From the human T2T-CHM13v2.0 reference genome, Homo sapiens: a stretch of DNA of 64,000 nt. The notes beneath the pieces are model-generated. The model searched no databases. It was not told where the DNA came from and worked only from the letters and a program-made list of their open reading frames with translations. The DNA lies in the NCBI RefSeq assembly GCF_009914755.1, contig NC_060938.1, one strand, 5' to 3'. Of this stretch, positions 14,866 to 27,690 are shown in pieces (the stretch's first letter is position 1; each line of letters starts with the position of its first letter). Both the position numbers and the translations under genes were made by a program.

Positions 14866-15907
14866 TTCTAAAGGAACTGGGGGCACTTTAGGCTGAAGGA
14901 AAAAAGACAATATGACAACTGTCTTCAAAATTTGGTGGACTCAATAGGGAGAAGGAGCCATCCATTACCAGGGCATCTTTACTATGGAACATTCTCCCAC
15001 CTGTGAAAAGAGGCAGATCTAGACACATGAATCTGGTACAATCTTCAGGATAGATCACCAGCTGGATAAAACATAGATTTTATGTCCTGTGGCATGCTAC
15101 TTTTGCACTGAAGGGGAACACACACATATGCATAGTGGCCTGTGGATTCATAGTCAGTCTTTAGAAGAATACACAAGTAACTTCTTCTTCATGTTTCCCC
15201 TTGGCTCTGTTGTAATACTTCCCTTGTGCAAATATTACCTGCTCAAAATAGATAATAAGACCAACCAAAAAAAAAAAAAATTGGTAGACTGTCAGTGAGG
15301 TGGGGCTGGACTTGCCCTACTGCTCCAAAAAGACAGAATAGGTAGAAATTACAAGGAAACTCATTTTAGATCAATCCTTTCTAATAACCAAAGAGGAATC
15401 GAACAATATATATTACCCATCAATTGCTGTGCTAGCTACATTATAGCCATTATCTTATTGAGCTTCCTAACAGTCTCTGAGGTAGGAGCTCAGAGTAGCC
15501 AAGTATATTTCTCAAAGTCTCACAGCTAGGAAAGGGCAGAGCCAGAATTTGAACACAGATCTCCCTGACTCCAGGGCTGAATTTTTTTTACTGTACAATG
15601 GGTACTTCCCTATATAAGGGTCAAGGATCATCTGCCAGAGTTATTATTTCATACAAAGGAGATTTTTACATTAGAAAGCAGATTATTAATGCCACCAATA
15701 ACAATAGTAACATGCACTTCTTGCAGTAACATACATTATCTCTTTAATCATCACAATAACATTCCAAGGTAGATCTTATTATTATCTATGTTTTCCATAT
15801 AAGGGGACAGGTTCAGCGAGGTAATGGAATCTGTTCAAGTTCATATTCAGCATGTAAAGTAGCAGAACTGAGATTATCACACAGGTCTGATGTTAAACTA
15901 TGAGGCA

Positions 15908-17681
15908 TTGTTGAGACGGCAATGTCATCCAAAGTGATCTATAAATTCAATGCATCCCTATCAAAATTTCAACTTTTTTTTTTTTTTTTTTTTTTTTTTG
16001 CAGTAATGGAAAAGCCAATCCTCAAACTCATATGGAATTGTAAGGGATCCAGAAACAAACTGGAAAAAGAACAAAGTTAAAGGACTCATACTTTCTGATT
16101 TCAAAGCTTACTACTAAGCTACAGAAATTAAAATAGTATGGTATTACATAAAGATACATATACAGACCAAAGGAACAGAATTAAGATTCCAGGAAAAAAT
16201 TCATAAATTTATGGCCAATTGGTTTTTGATAAGGGTGCCAAGTCCATTGAATAGGGCAAAGAATAGTTTTTTCAACAAATGGTGCTAGGACAACTGGATT
16301 TCCACATGCAAAAGAATGGAGTTGGACTCCTACCTCACACCATATACAAAAAAACTATAAATGGACAAACAGCTCAAATATAAGAGCAAAATTGTAAAAT
16401 CCTTAGAGGAAAACAAAGAATTAAACCTTCATGACCTTGGATTTGGCAATGGATTCTTAGTTATGACACCAAAGGCATAAGCAACAAAATAAAAAATAGA
16501 TACACTGGACTTAATCAAGATTTAAAACTTTTGCACATCAAAAGACATTTCAAGAAAGTGAAGCTGGGCATGGTAGCTCATGCCTGTAATCCTAGCACTT
16601 TAGGAAGCCAAGACGGGAGGATCACTTGAGGCCAAGAGTCTGAGACCAGCCCAAGCTGATTTCTACAGTCTCGTCTCTACAAAAAAAAAAAAAAGCAGGT
16701 GTGGTATCTCTAAAAATATAGCTGACCAGAGTTTATTATTTAGACTTTAAAATTGGCAAAAGACTTGAATAGTAGTTTCACCAAAGAAGATATACAAATG
16801 GCCAATAAGCACATAAAAAGATGCTCAACATCATTAGTTATCAGGGAAAAGAAAATCAATCCCACAATGAGATATCACATCACACCTACCAGAATGTCTA
16901 TATTAATAATAATTTAAAAATAACAAGTGCTGGTGAAGAAGTGGAGAAATTAGAAACCTGTGTATTGCTGGTAGGAATGTAAAAATGGTACAGTCACTGT
17001 GAAAAACAGTCTGGCAGTTCCTCAAAAAGTTAAACATAGAATTATCATATGACCAAGCAATTCCACTCCTAGGTGCAAACCCAAAAGAACTGAAAAAAGG
17101 AACTCGGAAAACATGCTGTGTCTTTATGTGCAAGTGTTGATGTTGGCTGGGGACAGGAGAAGGAAGGAAAGTCCAAGGACAGTATTCACTGCAGCATTAT
17201 TCACAATAGCCAAAAGGTGGACACAACCCAGGTGTCCATTGACAGATGAAGGGATAAACAAAATGTAACATATACATACAATGGAATATTATTCAGTCAT
17301 GAAAAGGAATGAAGTTCTGATTAATGCCATCAGATATATTGTTATAACATGGCTGAATCTTGAAAACATTAGGCTAAGTGAAGCAAGCCAGACATAAAAG
17401 AGCAAGTATTGCCTGATTCCTTTTATATGAGGTACCCAAAATAAGCAAATTCATAAAGACAAAAATTAGATTAGAGTTTACTAGGGTATCGGGAAGGAGA
17501 GAATGAAAAGTTATTGCTTGATGGGTACAGAATTTCTGTTTGGGATGATGGAAAAATGTGGAAATAGATAGTGATGATGGTTGCACAACATCGTGAATGT
17601 AATTAAATGCAACGGAATTTTACACTTTAAAAAGGTTAACATGGCATATTAAAAAAAAATTTTAAACAAAGAACTAAAACA
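15908..17681 (+). mobile_element. 5'-truncated old L1 (L1MB-like; ORF2 3' part plus 3' UTR)
   Basis: Degenerate ORF2 motifs and 3' UTR; candidate TSD aaactatgaggca (15895-15907) / aaaccatgaggta (17682-17694). Confidence 0.88.
16562..16705 (+). mobile_element. Alu left arm plus stub of right arm (AluJ/FLAM-like) inside the L1
   Basis: gctgggcatggtagctcatgcctgtaatcc...tctctac(A)14 gcaggtgtggt, then an abrupt end. Confidence 0.85.
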
Positions 17682-19984
17682 AAACCATGAGGTATATACC
17701 TAGATTCCTTGTTTCTCTGAACTATGCTACCCTAAGAGTTTAAACCCCTTCCATTCCTCCCAAATGTGTTGGCATTTTCATTGAGGACCACGTTAAGAAA
17801 GCAATGCTTAATTCAAAAGAACATTTCCATAATGGTGAGAATGGAGATCCCAGGGGCCATGTCAGAGGCTGACATTCTTTGGGGCAGGGTGTCATGAAAA
17901 AATGGTAAAGATGGTTCCTATTGAGCCGACTCACAAAGCTGGACCAGAGCTGGGAACTGTCCAGGTGCTCTGCCCCAAGCCAGGCCCATCCCTTACTCTG
18001 CTGCCCATTTTCCACTCAATGACCTTTAACCTTTGGGCCTGCCTGGGGAAGATACACTCCTTGCACATCTAGGGACCTCTAAAACCAAAGGAAAGGGGGC
18101 AGGATGAGGGTGCACACTGGCTTTGAAGCACTGGTGCATTCAGCAAGTTGTTATGAACCACCTAGCATTAGCCAAACACCCTGCCTTGATTTCTCAGAAG
18201 TCTACGGATCCATTTGTGTCATGCCCACTGATACCTTCTAGAAACCTTGGCACGTAGCTCAAGGCTGGGTTTCTACAGTACAAGCAGGACTGCATGCAAT
18301 GCTGAACTTTAAACAAATGGTGGGCCTGGCAAGCAGACGTTGTTAGATGTGCAATGCTTTTCACTGTGCTCCCTGATTAAATAAGCATTTAGGTTAGGGA
18401 GGTGTAAATGTCCTTTTGGTACAATCACTAGTCAGACAGTTCTACCCACAGAACTATGGTGTTGTTGAGATTTACCACAAACACATGAATATGAGTTCAA
18501 CAGGAAAGATAAAAATACCATTCCTGTCTTTAAAGCTGCCTTGCCTATGGAGGGGGGACACACACAACCTTCTAAAAGGACCCCATAATATCCTGTCGAA
18601 ATGGAGCCATTAATAGTCAAATTCAAGAGACAAACCTCCTTAGCAGCTTGGGTTCATTCTGAAAAACAGAGGAAGCGGTGCTTGCTGCTTTACTTTTAAT
18701 AGCGCAGGTTGTCATGCCAACTAGTGCTGCTGTTTAAAATGAAGAGGAAAAAAAGAAGTGTTCCTTCCTACACAAACCTTTCAGCAGGGCTCACAATTAG
18801 TCTTTAAAAACACAAAAACTCACAGCACTGGAGATATGGTAAACATTGTGCTTCTATTTAAACCTGTCAGAATGAGGATGTGATAAACCTTTGGTCTGTG
18901 TCTCCTTTGTACAATGCTCTTTGGCCAGCATCTGGCTGAAAAGTCCATAAGGAAAGAAAGGCACGATGATGTGGTGCACACAGAGGCGGCCGGTCTTGAG
19001 ATGGGAGAGCAGCCTTCCATCTTGAATAAGCATAAGAGAAAGGCCAGCTTCCTTGAGAAAGAGAGGCTCTGCTCCCACTTACCCCTGTGAGCACAGTTAT
19101 TAAAAGGCTGGGTCTGCACAACGCTGCACAACACACCCACTGCACAAGGGTGCCAAGGACAGGAGAGAGAGGAACATGTGCTGGCAGTGGCAGCAGAGGC
19201 GCCCCCACCCTCTGTGGTGCCCGTGGGCCCAGGTCAGCCAAGGAGAGGAGCCAAGAAGCAGGAAGACATGCTGTGCCCTGACGTGTAAGTATTAATGCTG
19301 GTTGGGGACAAGAGAAGGAAGGAAAGCACAAGGACAGGGTGAGAAGGAGTTAAGACCTCTTCTCTCTCTCACAATTGACTGATGGTTTTATGAACTCTTC
19401 TGTCCACAAAAGCTTCCACCCATGTAAAAGAAGATCTAGCAAGGTTTCTGAGGCAAAGAGGACTTACTCACACACGAGCCACACGGTGATATGTCTAGAT
19501 CGCATCTTCAAGGGGCACATGTAAAGTCTGCCAACAGGTTGTGGTGCTGACAATCAGGCCCCACACTTTCTTTCCAAGCTCCTCTCCTCCCACTTCTCCA
19601 TGAGAGCAAGCCCTGGGTTCCTGTTCCCTTGGGTCCAGTGCCTTCACAGCTCCGCAAGCTTAAGGATGAAGAGGGTCTCTCTCCTCCTAGACCACTTAAT
19701 GCCTATCAGGCCTTGAAGAGCCAATTCATATATCCATTGTTCATAATCTCTTACTGGCACTCCCAACCTATAAACTCTGCTGCAATTGGCCTATTCCATT
19801 CACCTGCCAATTAACATGCTTTGCACTATTATGTATTCTCTAATTTGATTATCTTTTTGTTTGTTTCTATGTGGTCTCCCTAACTAGAATGGAAATTTCT
19901 TGAAGGCAAAAGATCTTTTTGTATCCTTTGTTGCTTCCCCTGTGCCTAGTAACTCCTGTATATACAGTGGTAGTAACTGCAGCA

Positions 19985-20230
19985 GCATACAGTTGCCTCT
20001 TAACGAGCTCTAAGTGCTGGGCTCTGTTCTGAGTACTTTACATGGATTAATGAATATGCATCTCCCAACTGTCTGAGATATACATGCACACAATTATTAC
20101 CCCTATTTAACAGGAAAAGAAACTGATGCATAGGAGGTTAATGATGTGCCTAGGCTCACACGACTGGTACATAGCAGACCCAGAGCTCAAACCAAAGCTC
20201 TCTGACTCTAGAGCCTGTGACACACTATGT
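19985..20230 (-). mobile_element. MIR
   Basis: ccctatttaacaggaaaagaaactgatgcataggaggttaatgatgtgcctaggctcacac. Confidence 0.65.
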
Positions 20231-20787
20231 TGATGACCTGAGTTTGGGGTTGAGGAGGCAGAGATGGGTGAGGTGCCAGTGGAGGAGAGAAGAGAGATAG
20301 GGAATATCCACAATAAAATGTGCAAGATACTGTCCCATTCAACAAAACTTACATAATGCACAATTTATTCATAAAGACAGATGTAAAGATTGCCTCTAAA
20401 ATGTCAATTAGTCAACTATCTCAGGAGAGCTGGATTCTAAGGCACTTTTCTTTCCTTTTCCATATTTTGCATGTATTGTTTGATTCTCCAAGGAGCATGC
20501 AGGACTATTGCATATGGCGAAAAGATAAACAGTGAAGTCAATTTCATTATGGGCGGAAAGGAAAACAAAACAAAAAGAGAAAAAAGAAGGAGCGCGGGTC
20601 TGTCGAATATTTCTGAACAGAAGGATGGCATGTCTATTCCTGTGTCTCAGAAAGATCGCCCTGCTGACAGTGGAGGAAATGAAGACAGGGAAATATAACA
20701 TATCTCTAAGACAAATGATAAAAATGATAATTACTAACATTTATGGAGCTCAGAGAAAGGTAATATAGGAAGTTTAAAATCCAGTTA

Positions 20788-21251
20788 TCCTCACAACAAC
20801 ACTGTTCATAGTAGCCAAAAGGTAGAAACAACCCACATTTCCATCAGCTAATGAATGGAAAAACAAATTGTGGTAGATCTGTACAACGGAATACTATTCA
20901 GCCATAAAAAGAAATATTGATCCATGTTATAATGTGGATAACCTTGAAAACATTATGCTATGTGAAAGAAGCCAGACACCAAAGCCCAAATATTGGCTAT
21001 TTATATTTATATGAAATACCCCAAATCAGTATCCATAGAAAAAAAAAGCAGATTAATAGTTGACAGGAACTTGGTGGGAGTGAGGAATGGAGAGTGGCTG
21101 CTTAATGGGTATAGGGTTTCTTATAGGGTGAGGAAAAGGTTTTGCAATTTGAGGTGATGGTTGCACAGTGGTATGAACGTACTAAATGCCACTGAATTCT
21201 ACACTTTAAAATGGTTAGGTTTGTTACGTGAATTGTACTTCAATTAAAAAA
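20788..21251 (+). mobile_element. Short L1MB-like 3' end with perfect 12-bp TSD
   Basis: L1 3' UTR motifs; TSD aaaatccagtta at 20776-20787 and 21252-21263, preceded by ttt (endonuclease site). Confidence 0.88.
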
Positions 21252-23677
21252 AAAATCCAGTTACTCTTTTAAATTAAAGTCCTGAGAAAATGGAAAGGCA
21301 GATGAGGAGGAAAAAAAAGTGGATTCAGAAAAACCCCAGTAAATGAGGAAGTAAGACAAGTGGGACACCCAGAGTAGGATGTGGCCTCGGACAGAGGGAG
21401 GGAGAGAGGGCCCACACTCAGCAAAGGGTGGACCTAACCCCTATCTTCAGTAACTGAGCTATCCAACCATGGGCCAGGCAGCCTTGAGATGCTGTGAGCT
21501 TTCATCTTTCTCCTACAACATCGACCGTTTTAGTCGGATGATCTGAGACAACACAGTTGGTGAATGCTGGCTCCAATTGCCTAAGTGGTAGGCACAGGCA
21601 AGGCTGAAGCCAAGTATCCAACCCCTAGATAAGGCATGCAGAGCTTGTGCTGGGCCCGCCCCCGTCAGCACATGGGCCACAGCTGCTTGTCACACCTGGC
21701 AGCTCCAGGCTGGGGGCAGCTTGTGAGCAGGGGCCACACCTTGCTCCTGGCTGTATCCCTGGCCTTAATCAGAGCCCCTGGCACAGAAGAGGTGATAGTA
21801 CATACATGTGTTGAAGAAATAAACGTCTTCCATTTCATATATTTCATCAGTTGGTTGAGATTTTTAGAAGATAAAACACAGATATGGTATAAAATTCAAA
21901 AGGCTCTGGGGGAGATACAGTAACAAATTTGCCTTTCTTCTACCCTCCTATTCCAGCTTCCCCGAGGCAACCTTTGGCACTGCACCACCTTTTGCAATGT
22001 GACTAGGGGAGTGAAGTTCTGACTTGCAAAGGTTCCCGCAACTACACTACCCAGTCATTTGGGAGGCAGGTGACCACCACGAGGTGGGAGCTACATATGA
22101 TATCAAGACAGAAGTCATCTGGGTGAAAACAAGGTCCTAGTATTCTGTGCCAGGAGCAGGCACAGGCCCCGGAGCCACAGCTTGCAGAGGAAACCACCAG
22201 GGTGATGACCACCCCCTAGAACGTTCACGGAACAATGGGAAGCCCAGGGGCAGAGACCACCCAGCCAGTCAACAGGGCCAGACACCTCAAGCTCCTCACT
22301 CTTGTTTTGGACCTAGGAGATTTCGAGCTGGGGAAAGGCAACATTGCTACCCAATAGGATGGAAGTAGATGTGTGCGTACCACTGTCATCCTTGAACCTA
22401 GAGAGGTGATAATGTGTTTTGTCTGGAGGAACGAATTCACCTTAAAGGAATTCAACTGTGAGCTGGGTGGCATGGTCCCCAGTGACAGGCTTTGTGGTGG
22501 ACACAGCTGACAGGAACTTAGGTGGTGGGGAGAAGGGGGGTCCAGGAAATCAAGGTACCGGGAGAGGTTCGATCCATTTAGTGATGAGCAACCTAGGCCA
22601 ATCCTAAGCCTGGACTGAGTCCCGGGGCTGAGCCGCGTGTGGTGGGGGCATCTGCACACACTGCTTTGTCAGGCCAGATTGTGAGGCTGAGTAACCACTG
22701 CCCTGTAGAGTCACCAAACCATGGACTAAAAAAAGATTCAAGCCACACAGGCTCATCTGTTTCCCCAAGGTTCCTGCCTAATGTGGCGATGCACTGGCAG
22801 GCTAGAGGGTGAGTCGGGCACTTATCTGATTTCAGCCAATCTGTTACTGTATTTCATTCCCTGTCCTCGTGCCCAGAGGCTGTTGCAATGGGTATAAATT
22901 TAGAAAGAGAAAGATAAATAACATGGAAAAGTTCCTTTTAAAAAATAGGGATTTTTTTTTCTCTATTTTGCTAAAGAAAAGATAAAGTGATCTTCTTGTT
23001 ATTTATTTAGCCTTACCATGGTAGAATTTGATATTTTGGGCAGGAACCTAATAATGCATAACCATAGCCCAGGATGAACCAGCTTCTCCTGAAACTGTGA
23101 AAGAGGCAAGCCTCCATCCTAAGCGTTTCTTAGAAACTGAGGGAGTGAGAAGATGACAGTACCTTGCACAAGATCTGAAATCCACGAGGGTCCCTTCTGA
23201 ACAAGCAAAAGACTCTGAAAGAAGACTGTCTCCTTTATATGAAACGGTCTATACCAGCTAACATAACACACTGTGCCTGAAATTGTCAGGCCACTGGCGA
23301 TTTCACTGTACACATTGATACTTTAAAGGAAACCTGTTCTATGAGGAAATTAATATCACAGATGGGAGATTTTCAGTTGGTGGAAATTAACTGAAAGAGA
23401 AACTGCTTGAGAAATGTTTGCCTTCCCTCACACACAAACTCACAGCCTGGTGGGTTATGGAACTCTCATGGTAAAAGACTAGATCAATTCCACCACCTAA
23501 TCATTTAGCCCAAGGCCCATTCTACAGGGGAGAAAACCAAAGTTAAGTGACTGGCCCAAGATCACATGGCTGCCACTAATAGAGGGGGGCCCAGGACCAG
23601 GTCTCACAGCGCTTCCCTGGGGTCACCGTGCAACTGCCACCCACCACCTGGATGTCAACCAGACTCAGCAGCTGTAC

Positions 23678-23815
23678 CTCTGACAGCATCTCATACTGGC
23701 CTCTTCTTCCAAGAGCAATGGTGAGTAAGTCATAGACCACAGATGCACTCTGCAGACTGATGAGGCGGTCACTCTTGTGTTCAGGTATCCTGCTCAGCAC
23801 AGCGTCCCGGTTGGC
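23678..23815 (-). CDS. TTC7B: TTC7B coding exon (~exon 9, 138 bp): [46 protein letters not shown]
   Basis: Acceptor ccatgttttttcag|GCC, donor GAG|gtacag. Peptide joins exon 8 (..SESM) and exon 10 (CLER..) in frame. Confidence 0.96.
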
Positions 23816-26800
23816 CTGAAAAAACATGGAATAGAGAAGCAGATGGAGAGAGAACCTAGTGCTGCATGGCGGGGAGTCCACCTAGGCCCTCCTGCCCCTA
23901 CCAATTTGCGAAGGGAATGGAGACAAGGGTAGGAATGAGCAGAGGCCTGTCATCTTGGGTTATTTATTCAAAATCCCCTGGGCACCGCAGAACATGATAT
24001 ACGGGATGATCCAAACACTGAAGTCCTGGAAGTGTGAACCTAGAGGGCACCTGTACCTGTCGACAGGCATCTGGAGGAAGCCTTGGCAGCCGATACAAAG
24101 TTTTCCCTGGCCTCGGGTTCATAGCCAGCCTCATAGAAGACGCAGCTGCGCTCTAGAGCAGCCGAATCATCCATCAAGTGAGGCCCTGCTGCACCTCACT
24201 CGTGAATCCTGCTTCTGCTCTACATTAAAGAGTGGGAGAAAATTCCCAGCCCTGCATTTCCCAACACCCAATTGTGTCATCAAGTTCCATGAGTCCTACA
24301 GAGATATATCTTACTTTTCCTCTATCACCAAGCAACATTCAAATCCCTATATGACATCTTCACTGGAACAGAACACAAAGATGAGTTCAATCTTGTTTAA
24401 GGAAGCACAACACAGATATATAAGAGAAAACAAGAAGAAAGCAGATTTTTACTTTAAAAGATATTAACACAGAGGACTCAAGAGAACACCGTCAATTTTC
24501 TATGCTTAGCACAGAAATACATCAGGCACATTCAAACTTATTAATCTCATCTATCCAGAAATCAAATGCTCTTTACAGCAACTTGTTTCCATTACTTCTA
24601 AAATTTAATTTCTCTACAGATTCCTCCAAATATATCACATGTCTGAGACTCAACAGCTAGCTCATTTTCCTCTTTTCCCTAATAGGAAGTTCAGAATCAA
24701 CAAAGTTAGATTTCGCCTGCCTTTTTCCCTCTGCTAATTAACAGAAGTCTGCAGATCCATCTGTCTGTAGGAGCAGAGAAAGGCCCCCCCAGTCTTTCCT
24801 GTGAAAGTGGTACATGAGGTTCCGGGGTCACTTGTCCCGGCAGGCTGACGTTGATCTTCCCCCTGACATTCAGAAAGGCCACACACACACCTTCCCTCTC
24901 ACTAATGAGACAAAATGCATTTTCTTTGTGTGTGAGTCCAAGGCATTTACTTTTAGCCACCCATCAGTACTTACTCACTTTAAAACTCCTTGCTGTTAAA
25001 TGTCAAAGACAAATAAGAATATATAAGACAGGCCACTTCCTACAAAGTGAGTCATCTCTTACGGAAACAAGCCTGCTTTTGAAGATTTCATTCTAAGTTT
25101 TTCTTGTTAGGAGTCCCTCTTGAGCCCAAAAAAAGCAGCTCTGAAGGAAACAGGGGCCTGTTGCAAATGGTCTCATTTTATTTATTTGCTATATATGTTC
25201 CATACTGAGACCAATGCCTGGAAGAGAACAAAACAAACATACTATTTATGAGAGACTTTCAAGTTATACTAAATGCATTCTTTTCATTTTTAGAGAAAGT
25301 ATCAGTATCTTTTGATTAAAAAGGTACAATATAGAACCTCAAACAGACCCACAAATAATAAATATCCCAGAATATTGCCTCAGTGGTAGTTCTGCAAATC
25401 AAGTTCTTATAATCCCATTCTCCTAGGGGAAACTAATTTGATTTGTAGTTAGAAAACAGCACAATTCTAAATGATACCTTGTAGGTGGAGAAGCGACGGA
25501 CAAATTCATGCTTCTGAATTAAAGTCAGTACCAACAAAGAACACAATTTTCTGACATCCAAAAAACACAGCAATTTTCATTTTGGTTTTGAAATTGAGCA
25601 CATTCATTTTCTGTCTAAAAACTAAACAATCGAGAAGTCAAAGGATATGGAAAAAAGGCTTCCAAAGGCAATTTCATTTAGATTTCTACCTACATTTTCT
25701 GAAATGATTTACAGGAAGAACATAATCATTTTGGTTAGAAACCTCATCCTTCATATCCACTGATGACATCACTGGATTTCAACATCCCCTGAAGAGATTT
25801 TTCTGGCAATTACATACCATAGAGCCAAATCTGACTGTCTCAAAGGGATCTCAATGTTTGAGTATTATTAGTTTCTATCACTTCAATTAAGAAGCAGGAG
25901 AGTTGGAGATATCATTCCAAAGACATCTCCACTTAGTGCAAGCATTTTAGAGAGGTGGCCATGTTTTCCAAATTGCAGACTGGAACACATCATCTGACAG
26001 TGGAACATAATGTTTTCAATCAGAATTGTCCAGGTAATCTAAAATGTACAGTCATCATGCTTTCAGAACTTTTACACCATAACCAACCAAGTTTGCCCAA
26101 AGGGAACTACCTGCCAAGGACCCAACTTGGGATGAGGGAATGCTGACCAGGAGGCCAAGATGAGCTGGCTCCATGGATGACCCGGTGGGGAAGCCTGTGG
26201 AGACTCGTTCACTTGAATGCCACCTAGTGCCAGCCTGCTCACCTATGTGCTTCCCTGATTGCACCAAGGCAAGTAGAGAATGTAAATGACACCACCCTAA
26301 GTTATCAGCTGACTATCGGGCAACCTGCTTCCTTGAGAGGAAGTAAGCCCAATGACACCAAAGAGCCTCCAGATCAAAAGAGGTGGTAACTCAAGCAGAC
26401 TTGCTCTTGTAAACATCAGTGGACCATTCAAAGTTTTAATCAAAGGCAAGAAAGCTGCCCTCTCATGAGTTCTGGCCTCTTCTGAACCCTCCTTCTCTCC
26501 GCGCATGTACGTTATTATGCTCAGACCCCATGTCTATACTCACCTGAGTCCATTTTATACCTCCCATTAAACAGTATGTGTGGGGAGGGCAAAAAGGGAA
26601 ATGCCTTCTCTTGCTTTAGTTATGATTCCCTTCTCTCCCCTGGGCTGCCCCGGGGGTTGGCGGTAAGCGGTGACAACTATGGGGAGGGGGCAGTACAATC
26701 TCCTAGCAGGAACAGGAGACCACTGCGTGATGCACGCATTCCGCCTGCTCTAGGCCTCAGGTTCCTCATGTATAAAACGAGGGAAGGGGACGCGAGCCCT

Positions 26801-27626
26801 CAAGATCTTTTGATTCCAGGAGCCCACCCATTCTGCTCAGGTGCTCAGTATACATCACTTTTCTGCTGAGGAATTCACTATTACTACACACATGATCCTG
26901 AAGGTTTTAAGCCAGGGCCACAGCGCCTAGTGATAGATACACAGGGCAGAAACCCAATAAATGATGAGTGGTGAAATAGACCTAAAATTCTATATTCTGG
27001 CCAAATACTAAGAAAATGTTTCAAAGGAATCAGAGGGTCTGGCAAAAACTCCCTCACAATAGCAGTGACAAGTGAGCTCTCACGGCCTGGGACTTTACAG
27101 TGTCTGGCAAAGCCAGGAGCTGGAAGAGACAACAAGGGCAGGAGGATGAGAGTTTCATCAAGCTCCTGCTGTGAAGACCAGAGCTTTATAGATCCAACAA
27201 ATGACTTATCCCAAAATTCTCGCCCACTCCAGGGCAAATTGAGAGGCTTATAAAGGTCACCCTTTGGGGGCCTCTTTCTCCTTTTAAGGTTCCTCCAGTG
27301 GTCATTTTAGCTGTGGTTTACCTAGATACAACTGCAATAATGTTCAGCCAATACTGGGTGGATGAATGAATGAACTAAGATACGTGCTTCAAGATAGAAG
27401 ATAGAGAAGCTCCAAGCTCCAGGCTAACCAAGGGACATTGCTAGCTGGTCCAGGAATTAAGAAACAACCCTCTTTTTAAACCTCTACTGTTTTTTCCCAT
27501 CCAGGTATACCCTCTAGAAAGTATTTTCTCTTAAGAAAAAGAGTCATGATACTGGCAGAATGGCTATATCAAAAAAGGGTCTACAGGGCCAGGGGAAAGA
27601 ACGATGTAAAAACACATTCCACTTAC

Positions 27627-27690
27627 CATTGATTCACTAATCAGCAATAACAACAGGGCTTCTTCCGTATTTTCTTGAGGACAAAAAATG
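27627..27690 (-). CDS. TTC7B: TTC7B coding exon (~exon 8, 64 bp): (N)IFCPQENTEEALLLLLISESM
   Basis: Not in the ORF track; translated by hand. Acceptor ttttctttcaactgcag|C, donor ATG|gtaagt. Phase 2 to 0. Confidence 0.95.
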
